A stretch of DNA of 64,000 nt, from positions 69,504,001 through 69,568,000 of the forward strand of contig OZ076409.1 in assembly GCA_964187785.1 (NCBI GenBank), in the 5' to 3' direction. Positions 57,827 to 64,000 of the stretch are shown here, piece after piece. This DNA is from Amphiscolops sp. MND2022 (lineage: Eukaryota). The translations under genes and the position numbers were made by a program. The first letter of the stretch is position 1. Each line of letters starts with the position of its first letter. The notes beneath the pieces are model-generated. The model did not search any database, had not been told where the DNA came from, and saw only the letters and a program-made list of their open reading frames with translations.

Positions 57827-59371
57827 CTCTAGAGTGATTAATTGTGCGCTATATAAATTATTAGGATATGCTTCTATTACTGAACTTGAAAGCCTAAAAA
57901 CAGAAAAAATACTGTGCCCCCGCATACTTTATATACAGTATATACATACATTTATATAAAAAATAGGTTGATTTAAAGTTTCATGCTCCACGTTACTGAC
58001 ATTCATTGAAGAACTGTAAGATTAGTAGGAGAAATTTGAGCGAGATTAATCTTTTGAATGAGAATATTTTCGTGTTGATTGAAAACGTGGGTTTAGAGGA
58101 AAAGGGGGTACTAAATTCCATAAAATGGAAGGGTGCGCATCTTCCAAAACTTTGGTTTTTTCCGCCCATAATTCTATGTCAAACAAAATTTATTGAGCTG
58201 CGTCTTTCTTCCAAAAATTGTCCTTTTTAATATTTTCTACCGCGTTTCTTCCACAAAATACAGGTTAGACAAGAAGTTAGGTTCGTAGCATTGGTATTTC
58301 CAATATTTCCAAAGATTTCCGAAGTTTAATAAAAATGATGAGAACAAAACGACACCAGAATAGTCAAATTTTCCAATTTTTAATCTTTTTTAATCAAAGG
58401 TTCTGTGAAAAGTGTCTCAAAATACCCCAAATTAAACCAAAAACCCAAAAACGTTCAATTTATGATCAGTTTCACCAATTAATAGCAATTTCTGTACAGT
58501 TTCCGAATTTTCAAGGAGTAAAACTTCCATAGAGTTCCACGATGCAAGAATTGGCTATTCATAATGTTTCTTCGAAAAAATCGAATGCTTCTTATTTAAA
58601 AAATGCAGCTATGCTACAAAAAATGAAAACTTTCCTTCGATTTCGATTGTTACATTGGTTTTCCGAAGAATTTCAAATGTTTTTATGAGAATGAACATCT
58701 ACAAACAAACGTAACATTGAATACAACACTTTCACATCCTAGGCATTGTTTTTGGGGAGACGTTTGGAGTTTGAAAATCATCAAAAAATTGCCAAAAAGG
58801 CAAATTTCATGGTGAACTTTCGAGAAAGTGAAATTTATGTAGTTTTTCTGGATGTGTTAGTAGGCCACACTATGAACAAAGTTGGACGACAAAATGAAAA
58901 TCTGCTTAGCAGACTTTGAGAAGGCAAAAATGAAGGTTTTTATATAACGAAGCCTCGAAGAAGTATTCCAGAAGCAAAAATGGCATTAATTTAAGATTTT
59001 GTGACTATTACCATGCATAGCGTTCAAACACAAAACTTTGTATCATACTTTCAGTTTGTGTTGAACATTGAGCATCCACAAACTTTAGAAGAATAAACTA
59101 AAATGCTTTTCGTTTTGGCGGAATTTTCCGCTTTTTTTCCATCGACGATGTGTGTGAACTGAACCAAACTGCTTGAAATTTTCATCTAAATGTTTGATGT
59201 TTTGTTGGTTATTCACAAAGGTGGGAACTGAAAATTTGCCTTTTAAAAATTAATTGAAAATTTTTTCTCGAAAAGAAATCCCATACTGACCTTGGCACAA
59301 ATTGAAAAGAGAACGTCTAGCTTTTAAAAGCTAGACGTTTTCTTTATAAAAGAAATAACGTTTTCTTTATA

Positions 59372-60109
59372 ACAAACTAGAATAATTATACATTTTCTCT
59401 AAAATTGATCTGAAAAGAAGCGTTTTGTAACAAGATTTCTCGAAAAAAAGACATGAAATCAACAAAACTACAGTACGATTCATAGGTATTAGACCATATA
59501 GATGCAGAATTGAGTTCGAAATCGGACGACGCATTGATCTAGATACAAACTAGAATAATTATATATTTTCTCTAAAATTGATCTGAAAAGAAGCGTTTTG
59601 TAACACGATTTCTCGAAAAAAAGACATGAAATCAACAAAACTACAGTACGATTCATAAGTATTAGACCATATAGATGCAGAATTCAGTTCGAAATCGGAC
59701 GACGCATTGATCTAGATACAAACTAAAATAATTATACATTTTCTCTAAAATTGATCTGAAAAGAAGCGTTTTGTAACAAGATTTCTCGAAAAAAAAGACA
59801 TGAAGACAGCAAAACTACAGTACGATTCATAAGTATTAGATAATATAGATGCAGAGTTCAGTTCGAAATCGGACGACGCATTGATCTAGATACAAACTAG
59901 AATAATTCTACATTTTCTCTAAAATTGATCTGAAAAGAAGCGTTTTGTAACAAGATTTTTCGAAAAAAAGACATGAAATCAACAAAACTACAGTACGATT
60001 CATAGATATTAGACCATATAGCTGCAGAATTGAGTTCGAAATCGGACGAGGCATTGATCTAGATACAAACTAGGATAATTTTACATTTTCTCTAAAATTG
60101 ATCTGAAAA
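59372..60109. repeat. Tandem repeat, 173-174-bp unit, ~4.25 copies
   Basis: ACAAACTA.(A/G)ATAATT starts at 59372, 59545, 59718, 59892 and 60065. Confidence 0.95.
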
Positions 60110-60245
60110 TACGCATTTTCATCAGAAACCATCCCCAAAACCATCAAAAACCCACCTAATGCTAACGAAACTCTTACCTATCTCGCGGCTTCAGGATACG
60201 CGGTGCCGAAAAGCGTCCTTAATGCTACCCGGGCCATTAAGGTAA

Positions 60246-60501
60246 CCCTCAGACTCTGAGGCTCAGAAAAAAGACAGAAGAGACAAAAACTGACTCGATA
60301 AGAGAAAATTTTCGACTTTGAATGAAATTTTCAACATGGCTCATCATGGATGAATCATGGGTCAAAATCATGGATGATGATCCATGGGGCCATGCCCTGC
60401 CATGGGCCATCCATGATTTTCCATGAAAGTCGAAGTAATGTGTCGAAAAACCCATGATCATGGATGATTTTCCATGAACGAGCCATGACAGACAACCTGG
60501 G
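60246..60501. mobile_element. Short CCC...GGG element with CATGG/ATCATG arrays; related fragment at ~31075-31212
   Basis: Repeated CATGG units ending CAACCTGGG; flanks do not give a clean TSD. Confidence 0.45.
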
Positions 60502-61314
60502 TTTAGACTAATGAGCAAATATTGAGAAAGATATTCTGACTTTTCGTTGAAAAAAAGGTAAATTGAAACGATAACATTTTAGTTTCTGGGGATCCTTCTG
60601 ATTATTATAGCATTACGCCTGTGTTGGAATGAACTTGGAAGATTCCTCAACTCAAATTGTTTCGGTTTTGAGTAATTTCGTTGCCCTCAGCTTAGTGACA
60701 GGATTATGGGGAAACTCATTTGACGAAGAAAACAAAACTCCAAAAAGCAACAGCGTGCAGTCAGACATTTGTGACTCCGAGTAAATCACAGCTTGAAGCT
60801 GACCAGTTTGTATCCCGTACTGAGATCCCATTGCAGGTCATCGATGGCCATCGCAGTCCATCGATGGTCCATCGATGGGCATCGATGAGGTTTTCTAAAA
60901 ATTCGTTCGACTTGGCCATGTTCAAAATTTCAACAAAACTCTCGCCATTTAAGGTTTTCAGTCTATTTAAGCTTTGTTTGGGATTTCGAGGATGCCCAAA
61001 TATTTTATTCGGAAATGAAGTTATACATAGTTATCCGTATTATTTATCTTTGTGAAAAACCGGATTCTGTTGGTTTTCCAAGGAAAAACCACCAAATTTT
61101 TTGATACAAAAACGTATTTTAAGAGTCAAATTTCTGCATACTTCAGATACTTTATTTCTTACAAGCAGATGGTTTTCTCAGCAATAGAAGCTCGATTCCG
61201 TCGCACTTTCATGCGAATAATTGCAATTTTGCCAGGTTTTTCCATTTTTTCTTCAAACAATTCAAGGGCAAGGCTCCGAAATAAGTGATTTTCAGGCTGT
61301 TAAAATGTTAAAAT

Positions 61315-61556
61315 GTTGGCGCAAGATTTAAAGAAAATCGACTTAGAATTATTCAAGGAAGAATCTGGAGTTTAATTTTGACAAAAACTTCAAACTCAAC
61401 AAAGTTCACGAAAATGTGTAGGTTGGAATCAAATGCATTTGACTCCAACCTACACATGTTCGTGAACTTTGTTGAGTTTGAAGTTTTTGTCAAAATTAAA
61501 CTCCAGATTCTTCCTTGAATAATTCTAAGTCGATTTTCTTTAAATCTTGCGCCAAC
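61315..61556. repeat. 242-bp spacerless palindrome centred on ATGCAT
   Basis: gttggcgcaagattt...atcaaatg|catttgac...aaatcttgcgccaac, 2 mismatches. Confidence 0.96.
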
Positions 61557-61948
61557 GGTTTTTAACATGTTTAATTAATCATTTATGGTGCTTAGATTGA
61601 TGAGGTTATCTGAAGTTTGTTTGAAATTTACCTGACCGAGATACAAAACTTATGGAAATTTATTTCCATGCAGAAAGTACCGAGAAAGAAAACTGAGAAA
61701 TCCGAAGATTTAATTGCATGTCAGATGTGTCTCACCAATCTCATGAGCATATCCTGCTGTTGTAAAGGTTGCTGTTTGGATAACCGCTGTCTGGTTTACA
61801 AATTCAATCAATTTTGATATCAAATCCGAACATCACTAAAAAATATCATCGATCTCAATAACAGCTAGGAGTAGTTAACCCGGTTCCAGTCTAGACAGAG
61901 GTGACTGGCAAATTAGAATAGTCACGCTCAACATCAAATTGTTGCATG

Positions 61949-64000
61949 TGTCACAGCCCGCTCCCGGTCTGGCCTGTGGTTGCCGACGATTGAAAATCGG
62001 AAGAGGACATGGAGGTAATTTAAGATTCCCAAAATTTTATTTTAACTGGTAACTCTAAAACTAACTTGAGATAAACTGTGACTAAAAGTGAAAAGATATG
62101 TCTACTCTATACAAGTCTCAATTGAAAATGAAAATAGGGAAATAGTTTAGCCAAAATGATTTTTACGCATTTCCGGTAAGACGCTTCAGCCACGTCAAAT
62201 TAGTAACATTCGCCACCTGAAAACTAAATTAAGACACGTTTTAAAACAAAGAAAGCATAAGCCAATCTAAATGAAAACATATCCAAAATCATCTCCAAAA
62301 GGAACATCAATCAGATCTAAAATAGAAAATACATTGAGATGGCACGCCGAAGAAACTAAGCTTTCCTGAGAAAGGCAGTTTTATTACTCTTTTAACAGCA
62401 GTTAGTGTAGTTTAGGACGTCAATTTTGCGTTGTGCAAACAAAGCGGCGGAGGAAATAAGAATACATGTCGCTAGTAAGACGCAGACAAGTTTGGAGGTA
62501 TACCAATTGACGTCACTGCCTCGCCTATACGTACTAGAAAATCATACCGATTATCCGCCTATATTAATAACCTTGCTAGAAATCATTCCAATTTACCGCC
62601 GATATGACGTCACAAACTTGGCAGCTAGTGAGAATATACTCTAAAATCTTGGTCAATACTACGTCAACGCTACGCCAGCTAGCTAGTACCTGTTCTAAAA
62701 TCTTGGTCAATACTACGTCAACGCTACGCCAGCTAGCTAGTACATGTTCTAAAATCTTGGTCAATACTACGTCAACACCACGTCAGTTAGACAGAATTTT
62801 ATCTAAAATCTTGAAATAACATGTCACGAACTAACCAGGATAACCGTTTTAGCTCATCCGAAACGTTAAAAAGTATAAAGTTTAATAACTTCAACAAAGA
62901 AGTGCCAATTAAAATATACTTAGCAAATAAGATGAAGACAAAAGATTTTGAGTTGTGATTTACTGTCGTTGTCGGAACGTCGACTAAAATGTTGTTCACC
63001 TAAAACTACAATAAAAAACGATTTTTAAGTGTGTTCCCTGGTATTCTTTAGACATAAGAGTCACAGTTTATATTCATTACTGGAGCGCATTGAGATTACT
63101 TTGTACAAGAAATGTATTTTTTTAATGGTTGCATCTTTATATCTAACTTGTTAAATTTACGTAAATTGGTTGTGTTTGTAATCACAATTCTAGCGTTAAT
63201 TTTCCGTTAAAACTGTAGTCACTAAACCTGTTTTGGGATTATTATTATACAATCATTATATGTGTTGGTGTGTTCACTAAAAGATATAATTTTGACGCAA
63301 TTGTCACGTCAGACTTGTACGGTGTCAGACTATTGATCTATACATATATGCTTGTGAATGTTAAACTTTGTGTTTAATTTGATATTCATCATCTCCAGTC
63401 TGTCGGAATATTCTCTTAGCTTCGCTCAAATATTCATAACTTGAAATTAGTCATCAAATTTGATCAAGTCGAAGTCCCAGATCAAGCATTAGTTGTTCAC
63501 GTCAGCGTCATCTCAGCGTCAATTTCCCGCGAACCAAAGCAGTAAAACAGGGAATCGTTTCCGGTTCGACAGACTGAAGTAATATCTACTTCCTGCTTGG
63601 GAGGAATTAAAAGGACGCCGGAATGAAATAATATGCTCGTGATAGATGACTAATAGAGGAAAACTATCGCTGTGTCTCGAAATTTGACGAAATGTCGACG
63701 TAAATTTGGGATCTTGATAATTTTTTCACTGAAAAAACAGGAAATGACTAATTGTTCGGAGGAATTTAGGAATATGTACGTGATCAATGGATGCTAGAAG
63801 GGTATATATATGATGTTTATTTTTGTTCAAGGGACTCAGTCCTTTTCAAGCTATAAAACTCAGTTGTTCTCAACCTTTGCTTTAATCTTGTTCCAATCTC
63901 AACTTTATTGAAAACCAGAAAGATAAAATTGAATTCTTTGGAAATCAAACTTTCTTCATCAACATGTCAACAACAAGAAGCCAAAAGAAGAAAAACACTC
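61949..64000 (+). mobile_element. Terminal part of an unidentified element resembling the one at 1-1437
   Basis: Starts TGTCACAG.C with a nearby GCCTGTG. TATATATA at ~63804. ATG at 63964 reads MSTTRSQKKKNT (compare MPSTRKQNAKE). Confidence 0.4.
62640..62813. repeat. Tandem repeat, 54-bp unit, about 3 copies
   Basis: CTAAAATCTTG at 62641, 62695, 62749 and 62803. Confidence 0.92.

Noticed and set aside
59372..60109. CRISPR-like array (also 17620-18145 and 62640-62813)
   Set aside because: Units repeat in full with no unique spacers, there are no cas genes, and the context is eukaryotic.
61353..61568. 71-aa ORF
   Set aside because: Lies almost wholly within the 242-bp palindrome.

Overview
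AT-rich animal (invertebrate-type) genomic DNA with spliceosomal introns, made up mostly of transposable elements around a small paraoxonase/arylesterase (PON) gene cluster on the minus strand. One PON copy has a complete 5-exon CDS (31721->20845). A paralog has exon 1 at 8757-8425 and an exon 2 that occurs twice (6536-6456 and 2322-2242); the rest would lie off-window. The most notable element is a 17.9-kb Ty3/Gypsy-type LTR retroelement (31952-49882) with identical 268-bp LTRs and an AACC target-site duplication (TSD). It carries an extended Gag, PR-RT-RNaseH-IN, an envelope gene with chuvirus-G/herpes-gB-like (class III fusogen) motifs and about 3 extra ORFs of unknown function, so it resembles a complex endogenous-retrovirus-like provirus. 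It sits 230 bp upstream of the PON start codon. Also present: a 7.3-kb BEL/Pao element in PON intron 3, a deleted BEL/Pao inside an older Gypsy remnant, a 5'-truncated CR1-group LINE with open ORF2 nested in a Helentron-type non-autonomous element, several MITE families with readable TSDs, a tRNA-derived SINE, tandem repeats, four unrelated spacerless palindromes, and related unidentified elements at both window edges. All family assignments come from motif recognition by eye; no database searches were run.
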